DNA of 64,000 bases, taken from NCBI GenBank assembly GCA_963719315.1, contig CAVRBU010000002.1:160001-224000 (forward strand), given 5' to 3'. Both the position numbers and the translations under genes were made by a program. Source of the DNA: an uncultured Planctomycetota bacterium. GTDB lineage: Bacteria; Planctomycetota; Planctomycetia; Pirellulales; Lacipirellulaceae. How positions within the stretch are numbered: position 1 is the stretch's first letter; each line of letters begins with the position of its first letter. The notes below the pieces were generated by a model, which saw only the letters and a list, made by a program, of their open reading frames with translations, did no database searches and was not told the DNA's origin. Of this stretch, positions 30,799 through 40,804 are shown one piece after another.

Positions 30799-33336
30799 AT
30801 GCTGCGCGGCCTCAGTCGTGCGCGGCAAAGAATCTCACACTTGTCCCAACAATCTCAAACAACCGACGCTTCGCTCGACGCAACTCCTGGCGGCGGGGGA
30901 CGCATCGTGTCTATGTTGTTAGGCCTGATCCGCTTCCTGGGGCGTTTGCGCGCCTGGACGACCGGACACTGGTTACGTGGCGTACTCGTGGCGGGCACGA
31001 TCCTGTCCTTGATCGGTCTCACGATCGGAGGTTGGGCGTATCTGGCCAGCGTGGCACTGAAAGCCGGCGTTTACACATTAGAAGAAGCGCTAGCTGCGTA
31101 CGACAAAGGTAATTACGAAGCAGCCCGCAACGCCGCCGGACACATGCTCACAAGCGGCAGCCTGTTGCGTGGCGAATACGGCGGCCCACTCTTCGTGCTC
31201 GGAGCCATTAAGTTTAGAGACGCCGAAGCACAGACCGTGCCCGATCGCCGCCGCATCGAGTACTCGATCGCTTCGCGCTACCTGACCGAAGCCCGGGCTT
31301 ACGGTTTGCCGGTGGGCCGCGAAGCAAAGGGCACGCTCCTGCTGGGCCAAAGCCTGATCGAGTGTGGCCAGTTCGACGACGGCGTGCGGATTTTGAACGA
31401 ACTGGCAGCCAGCAAGTATCTGGGCGATGAAGCGCTGGCTCTTGAGACGCAGCACTTGCTGGCTGAGACTTGCCTCGTAATGCCTCATCCGAAAATCGAC
31501 GAAGCTTTGCATCACAACGATCTGCTCATCGCAAGCAAAGATTTGTCGAACGACCAGCGAATGCTCACTCTGCTTCAGCGTGCCGAGTGCTTGTCGAGGC
31601 TCGATCGCTACGACGACGCCCGTAAAGTATTGGCCGACATGCCAGCCGGCAATGCGGGAGCCGCCTTCACGACGATGATGACGGGCATTATTCAACTGGA
31701 CGAGGTTGATGACACGCTTCAAAAACTGCCTGCCAGTGAACGCGCCCAAACAACTGCTACGCTGGCCGACAAAATTCAAGCCGCACTCGCCAATCTGCGG
31801 AAAGCCACGGCTCTCGACGAACAACAGGGCCACGTCGCCCAACGATCGTGCTACGAATTGGCCCGCGGGCTTGCCCTCCAAGGCGATCTGGATGCCGCAC
31901 TCAAACAGTTCGGTCGCACTCGGCAGCTCTATGGCGACTCCGACGAAGGACTGGCGGCTGCGTTGGGTGAGGCCGACGCGCTGCGGCGAACGGGCGACTA
32001 CGATGGTACGCTGCTCGCGCTTCGTCGCGTGCTCGAAACGTTCGCCTCTATCCCCGTCTACCGTAGCCACGTCTTGCCGGTGGAGCGGATTCGCGAGCGA
32101 TCCATGGCAGCGCTCAATGACTTCCTAGCAATTCAGCGCTATAGCGAAGCGCTAACGTTGCTGGATCATTTCACGCCGCTCTTTTCTCGTACTGAGCAGC
32201 TCGAGTTGCGCGGCAATGCGCTCGAGCAATGGGGCAATCGGCTCGTCACCCAGGCTACGACCGATTTGCAAGAACCTAACTACGACCGGGTCGCCGGCCT
32301 GGAACATCTGCGGGCAGCCGGAGTAGCGTTTGCGCAACTCGCGGACCTGCGTTTCTCCACGAAGTTTTACACGGCGGACTTGTGGCGCAGCGCGGAGGAT
32401 TTTTTCCAAGGCCAAAGCTTTTCGCATACGGTTCAAGCGTTGCGCAAGTATCTGCAGTACGAGCCGGAGCTGCGAAACGCCCAAGCCCTGTTGCGATTGG
32501 GCCAGGCCCAACTGGCGCTGGGACGAGTCCCGCAAAGTATAGCCACCTTGGAAGAGTGCATCGAATTCCATCCGCTCGACAGCTCGACCTTTCAGGCCCG
32601 TATCGATTGCGCCAAAGCCTATTGGTATCAGGGCAACACCGACCGGGCCGAGCAACTGCTGCGAGACAATATCGCCGGCAGCTCCCTCAAGCCGCTCAGC
32701 CCCGAATGGAAAGACTCGCTCTTCGAGCTGGGAATGTTGCTCCACGAGAAAGAGAAGTTCGAGGACGCGATCGGCACGTTGGAAGAGGCGGTCGAGCGCT
32801 ATCCGCAGGATCCGCAGCGGCTCGTCGCCCAATACGTGATCGGCGAATCGTACCGGCGCTGGGCCCAGGAGCTGCTCGATGCTGCCCAGAAATCGCACAC
32901 CAGCAGTGAACAAGACAAAACCGCGCAACTGGCCACGCAACGGCTGAATACGGCACTCAGCCAGTTCGAGGAAGTGCACCGAACCATCACACTCAAAACC
33001 CACGACATCCACAGCGACCCGTTGATGGGCACGATGCTCCGCAACTGCTACATGCTGGAAGGCACCGTGCTGTTCGATCTCGAGCGCTACAAGGACGCCA
33101 TCGAGGCGTACTCGAATGTTTCGTCGTTGTACCCGGATGAACCATTCGTGTTGGAAACATTCGTACAAATTGCCAACTGCTGGCGCCGACTCGAGAAGCG
33201 CGACAACGCGCTCGGCGCCGTGCATCAGGCACAGATCGTCTTGGAACGCCTGCCGGCCGATTCCGACTTCGCGAGCACCACCGTACTCAGCCGCGAGGAA
33301 TGGCGGATGCTGCTGGCAAACATGAGCAAGTGGTAG
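30799..33336 (+). CDS. Membrane-anchored TPR protein at the head of the flagellar cluster
   Basis: One TM segment then many TPR-like helices (ALLRLGQAQLALG, SLFELGMLL, YVIGESY); start uncertain. Confidence 0.85.
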   Translation: MLRGLSRARQRISHLSQQSQTTDASLDATPGGGGRIVSMLLGLIRFLGRLRAWTTGHWLRGVLVAGTILSLIGLTIGGWAYLASVALKAGVYTLEEALAAYDKGNYEAARNAAGHMLTSGSLLRGEYGGPLFVLGAIKFRDAEAQTVPDRRRIEYSIASRYLTEARAYGLPVGREAKGTLLLGQSLIECGQFDDGVRILNELAASKYLGDEALALETQHLLAETCLVMPHPKIDEALHHNDLLIASKDLSNDQRMLTLLQRAECLSRLDRYDDARKVLADMPAGNAGAAFTTMMTGIIQLDEVDDTLQKLPASERAQTTATLADKIQAALANLRKATALDEQQGHVAQRSCYELARGLALQGDLDAALKQFGRTRQLYGDSDEGLAAALGEADALRRTGDYDGTLLALRRVLETFASIPVYRSHVLPVERIRERSMAALNDFLAIQRYSEALTLLDHFTPLFSRTEQLELRGNALEQWGNRLVTQATTDLQEPNYDRVAGLEHLRAAGVAFAQLADLRFSTKFYTADLWRSAEDFFQGQSFSHTVQALRKYLQYEPELRNAQALLRLGQAQLALGRVPQSIATLEECIEFHPLDSSTFQARIDCAKAYWYQGNTDRAEQLLRDNIAGSSLKPLSPEWKDSLFELGMLLHEKEKFEDAIGTLEEAVERYPQDPQRLVAQYVIGESYRRWAQELLDAAQKSHTSSEQDKTAQLATQRLNTALSQFEEVHRTITLKTHDIHSDPLMGTMLRNCYMLEGTVLFDLERYKDAIEAYSNVSSLYPDEPFVLETFVQIANCWRRLEKRDNALGAVHQAQIVLERLPADSDFASTTVLSREEWRMLLANMSKW

Positions 33337-33341
33337 GGAAA

Positions 33342-33398
33342 AGGTGTCGGCTGTCGGGTGTCGGCGTCCTGACGCCAGACACCTGAAACCTGAAACCT
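33342..33398. repeat. Inverted heptamer array (RGGTGTC class)
   Basis: AGGTGTC GGCTGTC GGGTGTC ... GACGCCA GACACCT GAAACCT GAAACCT. Confidence 0.85.
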
Positions 33399-33408
33399 CA
33401 ACAAAACA

Positions 33409-33831
33409 ATGCAAGCCACCGAGCAACTCGCCGAGCTGATCCGCAAGAAGCATCAAGTGCTGATGCAGCTTCGCGATATTGGCCGGCGCCAAGCGGACCT
33501 CGTCAGCGGCGGCGAGATCGCGGCGTTGCTCAAGTTGCTGGCCGGAAAGCAACAATTGATCGTGGCTTTACAAGATTTGGAGCGCGCACTCAAACCCTAT
33601 TACGCTCAAAACCCGGATTCGCGTGTGTGGCACTCGCCGGCGGAGAGAGCCCAAATCTCTCAGTTGGCTTCCGAGTGCAACACGCTGCTGGAGGAAATCG
33701 TGAGCTTGGAGAAACGCGGCGCCGAGCAAATGGACGCCCGCAAGAATGAGGTAGCCGAGCAACTGCAGCAGGTTCACGCCGCCGCCCACGTCCGTAACGC
33801 TTACGAAGCCCAACGCCGGAGCATCGCCTAA
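33409..33831 (+). CDS. flgN: FlgN-like flagellar export chaperone
   Basis: 140 aa all-helical; LLKLLAGKQQLI; flagellar context. Confidence 0.6.
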   Translation: MQATEQLAELIRKKHQVLMQLRDIGRRQADLVSGGEIAALLKLLAGKQQLIVALQDLERALKPYYAQNPDSRVWHSPAERAQISQLASECNTLLEEIVSLEKRGAEQMDARKNEVAEQLQQVHAAAHVRNAYEAQRRSIA

Positions 33832-33839
33832 CATGAGAC

Positions 33840-33902
33840 GTAGCTGAATTCTCAAGAATTCAGCCCAACATTAAATACCGGAATTCTTGTGAATTCCGCT
33901 AT
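33840..33902. repeat. REP doublet (GTAGCTGAATTC family)
   Basis: GTAGCTGAATTCTCAAGAATTCAGC and inverted CGGAATTCTTGTGAATTCCGCTA; copy at 49164-49191. Confidence 0.7.
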
Positions 33903-33933
33903 GAAGTGCATGCGACCTGATCCAAACAACGAG

Positions 33934-34821
33934 ATGATGCTGACGACCGCCGCGGCCGAACCGACGCTGAGCGTCGCGTTCGCCGGCGAACCGTCGGAGT
34001 TGCTCGACGGCAACGTCGATTTGGAAACCGTGCTCGCGGCCTGGCACACGGCCACGCTGCGGCTCGAACGAACGCACGAAACACTGTGCGGCGAGGTGGC
34101 TCGCCTTACAAAAGAACTGGAAATCAAGAATCGCGAACTGGCACGAAAAAACCGCTTGGCCGACCTCGGCCAGATGGCGTCCCACGTTGCCCACGAAGTG
34201 CGCAACAACCTAGTGCCCGTTTCGCTGTACGTGAGCTTGCTGAGACGGAGGCTGACCGACGACTCGGGCAGCCTGAACATTTTGTCCAAGATCGAGGCAG
34301 GGTTTACCGCCCTGGAAGCGACCGTGAGCGATCTATTAAGTTTCACCGCCCATCGTCAGCCACAATGGCACACGTTTCTCGTCGGCGACTTGGTCAACGA
34401 AGTTTGCGAGTCGCTCGAACCGCAGTTGGAAGCCCAAATGATCGACGTCGATATCGACGTGCCGCCGAACACGCTGCTTTCGGCCGATCGCGAAATGATC
34501 CGCCGCGCCGTGTTGAACCTCGTGCTCAACGCGATCGACGCGATGCGCGACGGCGGCACGCTCGTAATCACCTCCTACGACAGCGCACGTGGCTTCGAGT
34601 TGGAAGTCGCCGATAGCGGCCCCGGCCTTAGCGAAGAGGTGAAGCGTAAGGCATTCGAGCCGTTTTACAGCACGAAGCAAAATGGCACCGGCCTCGGACT
34701 GGCGATCGTGTACCACGTCGCCGAAGCGCACGGCGGCACGGTCACGGCGATGAACTGCCCCGAAGGCGGCGCCGCGTTCACGATCAAGATTCCCCGTCGT
34801 TCGATGCGAGCCGCCGCATGA
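33934..34821 (+). CDS. Cytoplasmic histidine kinase (FleS/FlrB-like)
   Basis: H-box VAHEVRN, NLVLNAIDA, DSGPG, FEPFYSTK, GTGLGL; no TM segment; start uncertain. Confidence 0.92.
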   Translation: MMLTTAAAEPTLSVAFAGEPSELLDGNVDLETVLAAWHTATLRLERTHETLCGEVARLTKELEIKNRELARKNRLADLGQMASHVAHEVRNNLVPVSLYVSLLRRRLTDDSGSLNILSKIEAGFTALEATVSDLLSFTAHRQPQWHTFLVGDLVNEVCESLEPQLEAQMIDVDIDVPPNTLLSADREMIRRAVLNLVLNAIDAMRDGGTLVITSYDSARGFELEVADSGPGLSEEVKRKAFEPFYSTKQNGTGLGLAIVYHVAEAHGGTVTAMNCPEGGAAFTIKIPRRSMRAAA

Positions 34822-36242
34822 GTCGCAAACCGAAAAACGACGAACGATTCCGCGTCCTCGTGGTAGACGACCACGCCCGGGCCCGCGATGCCGTGGCCGA
34901 CGTGCTCACGCAGGCTGAGTACATCGTCACCACCTGTGCCAGCGCGAGCGAAGCGCTCGCCAAATTGGCGGGCGAAAGGTTCGATGTCGTCGTCACCGAT
35001 TTGCAGATGCCAGGCATGAATGGGCTGGAGTTCATTTGCGAAATCGAACGCCGCCGGTTCGACGTGCAGGTGCTGATGACCACGGCCCACGGGTCCGTGT
35101 CGTCGGCCGTGGACGCGATGCGGCACGGGGCGTTCGATTATATCGAAAAGCCATTCGACGCATCGGCGCTGGAGCGATCCGTAGCACAAGCCTGCGACCG
35201 ACGCGTAGCAACGACCGACTCGGCTGCTGCCAATACCGCAAACGGCTCGCCCGCAGCTTCGAACATGATCGGCAGCAGCCCTGCCATGCAGCAGTTGCGC
35301 CGGCGAATCACCCAAATTGCGACGACCGACGAAACCGTGCTCATCTGCGGCGAAAGCGGCACGGGCAAGGAACTCGTGGCCCGTGCGATTCATGAGCAAA
35401 GTCGCCGCACAAACGGCCCGCTGGTTAGTCTCAACTGCCCTGCCCTCTCCACGCAGCTCACCGAAAGCGAGCTATTTGGCCACAAACGCGGAGCGTTTAC
35501 GGGCGCCGACGCCGACCGCACTGGCCGGTTCGAAGCGGCACAGGGCGGCTCGATCCTGTTGGACGAAGTCACCGAAATCGACCTCAATCTGCAAGCCAAG
35601 ATGCTCCGCGTGCTACAAGAACGCTCGTTCGAACGCGTGGGTGCGAGCGAGACCGTCTCGGTCGACGTCCGCGTAATTGCCACGACGAATCGCGACCTGT
35701 TGGCGGAAATAGCGGCCGGGCGATTCCGCGAGGACCTGTATTTTCGACTGGCTGTCGTGCCCATCGTGCTGCCGCCGCTACGCGAGCGGCAAGGCGATGT
35801 GCTCGAGCTTGCAGATCATTTCCTCGCGCATGCCGCCGAGCGGCTAAGCCGCAAGCGGTTGACACTCGAACCGTCCGCGCGGGAATTATTGAGTAGCTAC
35901 GACTGGCCGGGCAACGTCCGCGAGCTACAAAACATCATCACACGAGCGTGTGTGTTGAATGCCGGCTCGCCGATCGCGGCAGACGAACTTCGGCCGTGGT
36001 TGCGCGACAGTGGCGGCTTGAACAACGACTGCGATCCGAATGTTGGCAATTTGAATGAAATGCAGACTGACGTAACGCTTAATGAAATGGAGCGCCGCCT
36101 GATCGTGGCAACGCTCAAACGTTGCGACGGACACCGTGCGAAGGCCGCCGAAAAGCTGGGCATCGGCCTACGGACACTTAGCGGCAAGTTGCGCGAATAC
36201 GGTTACTCACCGCGCGAGAAGGATTTTGCGAACGCAGATTAA
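34818..36242 (+). CDS. sigma54-dependent response regulator (FleR/FlrC-like)
   Basis: REC domain (VVDD, TDLQMP, EKPF), GESGTGKE, GAFTGA, FREDLYFRL, WPGNVREL, C-terminal HTH. Confidence 0.95.
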   Translation: MSRKPKNDERFRVLVVDDHARARDAVADVLTQAEYIVTTCASASEALAKLAGERFDVVVTDLQMPGMNGLEFICEIERRRFDVQVLMTTAHGSVSSAVDAMRHGAFDYIEKPFDASALERSVAQACDRRVATTDSAAANTANGSPAASNMIGSSPAMQQLRRRITQIATTDETVLICGESGTGKELVARAIHEQSRRTNGPLVSLNCPALSTQLTESELFGHKRGAFTGADADRTGRFEAAQGGSILLDEVTEIDLNLQAKMLRVLQERSFERVGASETVSVDVRVIATTNRDLLAEIAAGRFREDLYFRLAVVPIVLPPLRERQGDVLELADHFLAHAAERLSRKRLTLEPSARELLSSYDWPGNVRELQNIITRACVLNAGSPIAADELRPWLRDSGGLNNDCDPNVGNLNEMQTDVTLNEMERRLIVATLKRCDGHRAKAAEKLGIGLRTLSGKLREYGYSPREKDFANAD

Positions 36243-36315
36243 CAAGCGAACCGGCGAAAATAGCCGCTCGCTAGCGGCAGAAATTGCCAATCCACATACA
36301 AACGACGAATTGGGA

Positions 36316-36430
36316 AGCCTCGCGCAAAGGCGCAGCGGCGCAAAAAAGAACAAGACAGATAGTGTTTGATAAGCAGGGTAATACATTGATTTTGTGATTC
36401 CTTGCGCGCTTAGCGCCTTTGCGTGAGGCT
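36316..36430. repeat. Inverted repeat with an AT-rich spacer upstream of flgB
   Basis: AGCCTCGCGCAAAGGCGC ... GCGCCTTTGCGTGAGGCT. Confidence 0.7.
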
Positions 36431-36455
36431 CTTCGCGCGTCACATCGCGGCGGAC

Positions 36456-36471
36456 CGGCACGGAGGTTGCA
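36456..36471 (+). promoter_or_regulatory. sigma54 -24/-12 motif overlapping the flgB RBS
   Basis: CGGCACGGAGGTTGCA (GG-N10-GC), containing GGAGG. Confidence 0.55.
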
Positions 36472-36921
36472 ATGCTTTCATCGATATTTCAGTCATCCAC
36501 CATTCCGGTGCTCGAGCAGGTCGTGAACTTCACCGAAGCGCGGCACGGAGTGTTGGCCGGCAACATTGCGAACCTCGACACACCGGGTTACAAGACGCGC
36601 GACCTGTCGCCCGAGCAGTTTCAAGAAAAGCTGAAGGAAGCGATCGAGGTCCGCCACCAGCCTGTTACGCCTTACGACTCACGATCGTTCGGCATGACAT
36701 CGGCACACGACGCACAACAACGTGAGGCCAAACAGTTAGCCGCCTTCGAGAAAGTACGCGGCTCCATGAAAAGCATCCTCCGCCACGACGGCGACGATGT
36801 GAGCATGGAACAGCAAGTCAACGAGATCGTGAAAAACCAACAGCAACACAACCTGGCGATCAACATCATGAGCGCACAGTTTCGGTTGCTCAAAACGGCG
36901 ATCACGGAACGCGTAGCGTAA
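36472..36921 (+). CDS. flgB: Flagellar basal-body rod protein FlgB
   Basis: VLAGNIANLDTPGYKTRD; RHDGDDVSMEQ. Confidence 0.93.
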   Translation: MLSSIFQSSTIPVLEQVVNFTEARHGVLAGNIANLDTPGYKTRDLSPEQFQEKLKEAIEVRHQPVTPYDSRSFGMTSAHDAQQREAKQLAAFEKVRGSMKSILRHDGDDVSMEQQVNEIVKNQQQHNLAINIMSAQFRLLKTAITERVA

Positions 36922-36929
36922 GAAAGTTT

Positions 36930-36986
36930 AGGAGTCTGATGTCATGACTCCGACACCTGACACCTGACACCCGAAACCCGACACCT
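36930..36986. repeat. Heptamer array (RGGTGTC class), flgB-flgC junction
   Basis: AGGAGTC TGATGTC ... GACACCT GACACCT GACACCC GAAACCC GACACCT. Confidence 0.88.
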
Positions 36987-37001
36987 AGCCAAGAGCTTAC
37001 C

Positions 37002-37412
37002 ATGTTTTCGAGTCTTGACGTTAGCACCAGTGGCCTCGTTGCCCAGCGAACGCGGCTGAATGCGATTTCGTCGAATATCGCAAACATGTCCACCACGCGC
37101 AACGAGCAGGGTCAGCCCGAGCCCTACCAGCCCCGATATGTGACATTTCAAACGGATACCAAACTGACGACGCCCGGCGGCGGAGCTGGCGTACACGTTG
37201 GCAGCATCGAACAATCAACCGAACCACCCAAGTTGAAATACGAACCTGGTCACCCGGATGCCGACGAGCGAGGCTTCGTCCGCTACCCAGCCGTCGACAT
37301 GACCACGGAATTCGTCGACGCCCTCGAAGCCACACGGGCTTACGAGGCGAACGTCGGCGTTATCGAAGTCACCAAAAACATGGCCGACCAGGCGCTGCGG
37401 ATTATTGCCTAA
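37002..37412 (+). CDS. flgC: Flagellar basal-body rod protein FlgC
   Basis: SGLVAQRTRLNAISSNIAN, YEPGHPDA, RAYEANV. Confidence 0.95.
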   Translation: MFSSLDVSTSGLVAQRTRLNAISSNIANMSTTRNEQGQPEPYQPRYVTFQTDTKLTTPGGGAGVHVGSIEQSTEPPKLKYEPGHPDADERGFVRYPAVDMTTEFVDALEATRAYEANVGVIEVTKNMADQALRIIA

Positions 37413-37416
37413 GAAC

Positions 37417-37477
37417 AGGTGTCACGTGTCGGGTGACAGATCTGAACTCCGACGCCTGACACCTGACACCCGACATT
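37417..37477. repeat. Inverted heptamer array (RGGTGTC class), flgC-fliE junction
   Basis: AGGTGTC ACGTGTC GGGTGAC AGATCTGAACTCC GACGCCT GACACCT GACACCC GACAT. Confidence 0.9.
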
Positions 37478-37486
37478 TCCTAACCC

Positions 37487-37786
37487 ATGACAGCCATCAA
37501 CAACATTTCGATCGGACAGCAGTTCACGGCGCAGCCCGCGTCGCCGACGGACGGCCAGGCCGGCGGGCCGTCGTTCAAAGATGTGCTGGTCGATTCGATT
37601 CAACAAGTCAACACGATGCAATTGCAGGCCGATCAGGCCGTGGAAACGATGTTCACCGGCGGCGAGGTCAACCCTGCCGAAGTGCTCACGGCCGTGCAAA
37701 AGGCCGACCTTGCGTTTCGGCTCACGATGCAGATGCGCAACAAGTTAATGGAAGTTTATCAGGAAATCAAAGACATACGGATATAG
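37487..37786 (+). CDS. fliE: Flagellar hook-basal body protein FliE
   Basis: SFKDVL...VNTMQ...QKADLAF..MQMRNKLMEVYQEI. Confidence 0.95.
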   Translation: MTAINNISIGQQFTAQPASPTDGQAGGPSFKDVLVDSIQQVNTMQLQADQAVETMFTGGEVNPAEVLTAVQKADLAFRLTMQMRNKLMEVYQEIKDIRI

Positions 37787-37788
37787 AA

Positions 37789-37871
37789 AGGTATCAGGTG
37801 TCAGGTATCGGAGTTCAGATCTGACACCCGACACCCGACACCCGACACCTGACACCCGACACCCGACACCT
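37789..37871. repeat. Inverted heptamer array (RGGTGTC class), fliE-fliF junction
   Basis: AGGTATC AGGTGTC AGGTATC GGAGTTCAGATCT then GACACCY x7. Confidence 0.95.
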
Positions 37872-37886
37872 GCTCGGAGTCCACGG

Positions 37887-39552
37887 ATGGATTTTGTGAA
37901 CAAATCTCTCGCCCAAATAAGCGAGCTGTTTCGCTCGATGACGCCCGGCGCTCGGCTGACGGCCGGTCTGCTCTTGGCAGTTGTCGTCGTGAGCATGGGC
38001 TACCTGTTTCGACAGGGCACGAGCGGACCCGATGCCTATTTGTTTGGCGGCGAGCCGCTCTCCGACGGTCAACTCACGCGGGCCGAGGCGGCCATCGCAC
38101 AAGCCGGATTGTCGGGCTACCAGCGCGAAGGCAACCGCATTCGCGTGCCCTCCGGCCAGCAGGCTGCGTACCTGGCAGCCGTCGCCGACCGAGACGCGCT
38201 GCCGCCGAACTTCAACACGATTCTTGAAAATGCGCTGGGTAAGGGAGGCCCCTGGGAATCGCGCGAGCAAACACGCGAGCGGCTAAAAATCGCCCGTCAG
38301 CAAACCCTTTCCGAAATCGTGCGGGCGATGTACTGGGTCGAGAATGCAGTCGTCCTGTACGACGAACACGAGTCGCAAGGCTTGCGCCGTGTCACCGACA
38401 AAACAGGTAAGTGCTTCGGTAAGCGTCAAGCCGCTCAGCGGTGAAACACTCACCCCTCAACGGGCGAAAAGCATTCAGAAGCTCGTCGGGAGCGCGGTCA
38501 ACATGCAGTCGAGCGACGTGTCCATTACCGACCTTGGCGGAGGCGGCGCATACGGCTCCGATAGCGAATTCACGCCCGACATGTTCCCCGAGGGCTCGCT
38601 GATGCAAACCAAAGTCGCGTTCGAAGCGCAGAAACGCGACAGCATTATGAAAGCGCTCCGCGATATCCCGGGCGTGCGGGTCGAAGTCAACGCCGATTTC
38701 GACTCCACGCTTGAAGAGACGACAAACACGGTGAAGCCCGATACCAAGACGGCGGCCGAACGTGAATCGACAAGCGAAGAGAAGTCCTCCCAAATGACGG
38801 CCGATAACGGCGGAGCAACCGGCCTTCGCGCGCAAGGTCCTGGCCGGACGGGCACCAGCCAGGGACCACAGCCGAAAAACCAAAGTGAGACGACTAGCAA
38901 AACGACCGACACGAATTACAGGGTCGGCGTTACGACCAGCAGCGTGCGTAAGACGGGATTCACCCCCAAAGAAGTCTGGGCCACGGTAACGATTCCGAGC
39001 AGCTATATCGAAAGCCTCTGGAAGGCCCGCAACCCGACGGCCACGACGCCTCCAAAACCGGAAGAACTCGGGCCGCTCAAAAACGAGGCGCAAACGAAAG
39101 TCGAAGAAATCGTGGAGCCGTTGGTCAGGTTGCAAGTGAACAGTGGACAAAACCAAATCAAGTACGTGCGCGTGGCGATACTCGATTCGTTGCCGGTGCC
39201 CGAAATCGTGCCGCCCTCGTTTACGACCACGGCCACCTCTTGGATCGGGCAGTATTGGAGCACGCTCGGAATGCTCGGCGTGGCGATGTTCAGCTTGCTC
39301 ATACTGCGCTCGGTCGTAAACGGAAAACCGAGTGACACCGGCGACACGCTTGCATCTGCTGACCCGGGTTTGAAGTTGCACACCGAAGAACCCATGACGA
39401 GCAACGAATCAGCCGAGGAGCCGCAAAGCGATCGGCCCCGCCTGCGATTGAAAAAGGGAAAGTCGCTCAAAGACGACCTGGTGGAAATCGTTCGCGAAGA
39501 CCCCGATGCGGCCGCGGATATTCTGCGATCGTGGATTGGCAAGGCGGGGTGA
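37887..39552 (+). CDS. fliF: Flagellar M-ring protein FliF, split by a +1 frameshift near 38400
   Basis: N-terminal TM, NRIRVP, SASVSV, C-terminal TM and EDPDAAADILRSWI; removing one A from AAAA (38400-38403) fuses the two ORFs. Confidence 0.85.
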
Positions 39553-39589
39553 TTCGATCGAACGCTTTTCGGTCTAAGCAAGTGAATCA

Positions 39590-40774
39590 ATGAACGGCTC
39601 GCTGATGACATCCAGTGCAAATCTACGAAAGGCCGCCGTGCTGCTGCGCTGCCTCGATGGCGATACGGCCGCGATCATGCTGGCGCAATTCTCGCCGGCG
39701 GAAGCGGCGTCGATCCGGGCCGCGATTCGCGAGTTGGGACCGGTTGATCCCGAAGAGCAGGCGGATGTAATGGCCGAATTCCGCCGCACGCGCCCGGCGA
39801 CGGCATCGGCCACTCCCGGCGGTGTGGAACTAGAACTCTCTGCATCGATGCGCGACGCCGGTTTCTTGTCGAAAGGCAATCGTGAACCTGCCAACGTCTC
39901 TGCAAAGCGATTTGAGTTTTTGGCGAGCGCGCCCACCAGTGCGCTTGTTCCCTATTTAGCCCGCGAAAATGCTCAAACGATTGCCGTGGTATTGGCGCAT
40001 TTGGAGCCCGCCCGAGCGGCCGCCGTGCTCGCCGCACTCCCCGAGAAATTGCAGGCCCATACGATTGAACGGCTATCGGATCTCGGCGAGACCGATCCAG
40101 AAAGCGTAACGGCGCTAGAACGTGAGCTGGCAGCCTGGATGGCCACACGCAAGGAAGATCGTGGGACGATCGCCCGGCGCCGCGAAACCGTAGCGAACAT
40201 TTTGGCAGCCATCGATGCGAAGACTCGCCAGGGCATTTTGAGCAAATTGAAAACGTACAACGGGGCGTTGGCAGAGCAGTTTGCGCCTCCGGAAGAGTCC
40301 GTCGCGAATAGCGAATCCATTCCGCTCCACGGCCGTGAACCCGGAACTGAACGGCAACCCACAAATGGGCGTTACGTATCCAAGCAAGCCGCGGATACGA
40401 GTGCCAGGATTCAACGACAGAGCGGCCCCATTGAACCGCGGGCCCACAACTCGTCGATGCCAACTCTCCGCCCCGCGCCACTGCCGCGCATCGAATTCGA
40501 CCACCTAGTCCATTTGGACACTCCAGCGCTGACCGCCGTGTTGCGCGAAGTCGACGCCAACATTTTGACGATCGCTCTTGCCGGCTCGGACGAAAACCTC
40601 ATCGATCGCATCTGCGCACAAATGCCGGTACGGACCGGCCGGGAGTTTCGGCGTGGTCTACGGCGGCTTGGACCGACTCGGCTGAGCGATGTCGAGGCGG
40701 CGCAGCGCGTGGTCGCAGACACCGCCGCGCGGCTTCTGGCTCAGCGACGTGGGCTCACCACAGCAAGAAGTTAA
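39590..40774 (+). CDS. fliG: Flagellar motor switch protein FliG (divergent)
   Basis: LRKAAVLL, ENAQTIAVVLAHL, LGPTRLSDVEAAQ. Confidence 0.88.
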   Translation: MNGSLMTSSANLRKAAVLLRCLDGDTAAIMLAQFSPAEAASIRAAIRELGPVDPEEQADVMAEFRRTRPATASATPGGVELELSASMRDAGFLSKGNREPANVSAKRFEFLASAPTSALVPYLARENAQTIAVVLAHLEPARAAAVLAALPEKLQAHTIERLSDLGETDPESVTALERELAAWMATRKEDRGTIARRRETVANILAAIDAKTRQGILSKLKTYNGALAEQFAPPEESVANSESIPLHGREPGTERQPTNGRYVSKQAADTSARIQRQSGPIEPRAHNSSMPTLRPAPLPRIEFDHLVHLDTPALTAVLREVDANILTIALAGSDENLIDRICAQMPVRTGREFRRGLRRLGPTRLSDVEAAQRVVADTAARLLAQRRGLTTARS

Positions 40775-40804
40775 ACGCACACGGTTCTCAAAACGTATAC
40801 GAAC

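Noticed and set aside
37789..37871. Possible CRISPR array
   Set aside because: 7-bp tandem units with no unique spacers; no cas genes in the window
38385..38405. Programmed ribosomal frameshift in fliF (or fliI)
   Set aside because: No canonical slippery heptamer; several unrelated genes show similar single indels, which favours sequencing error
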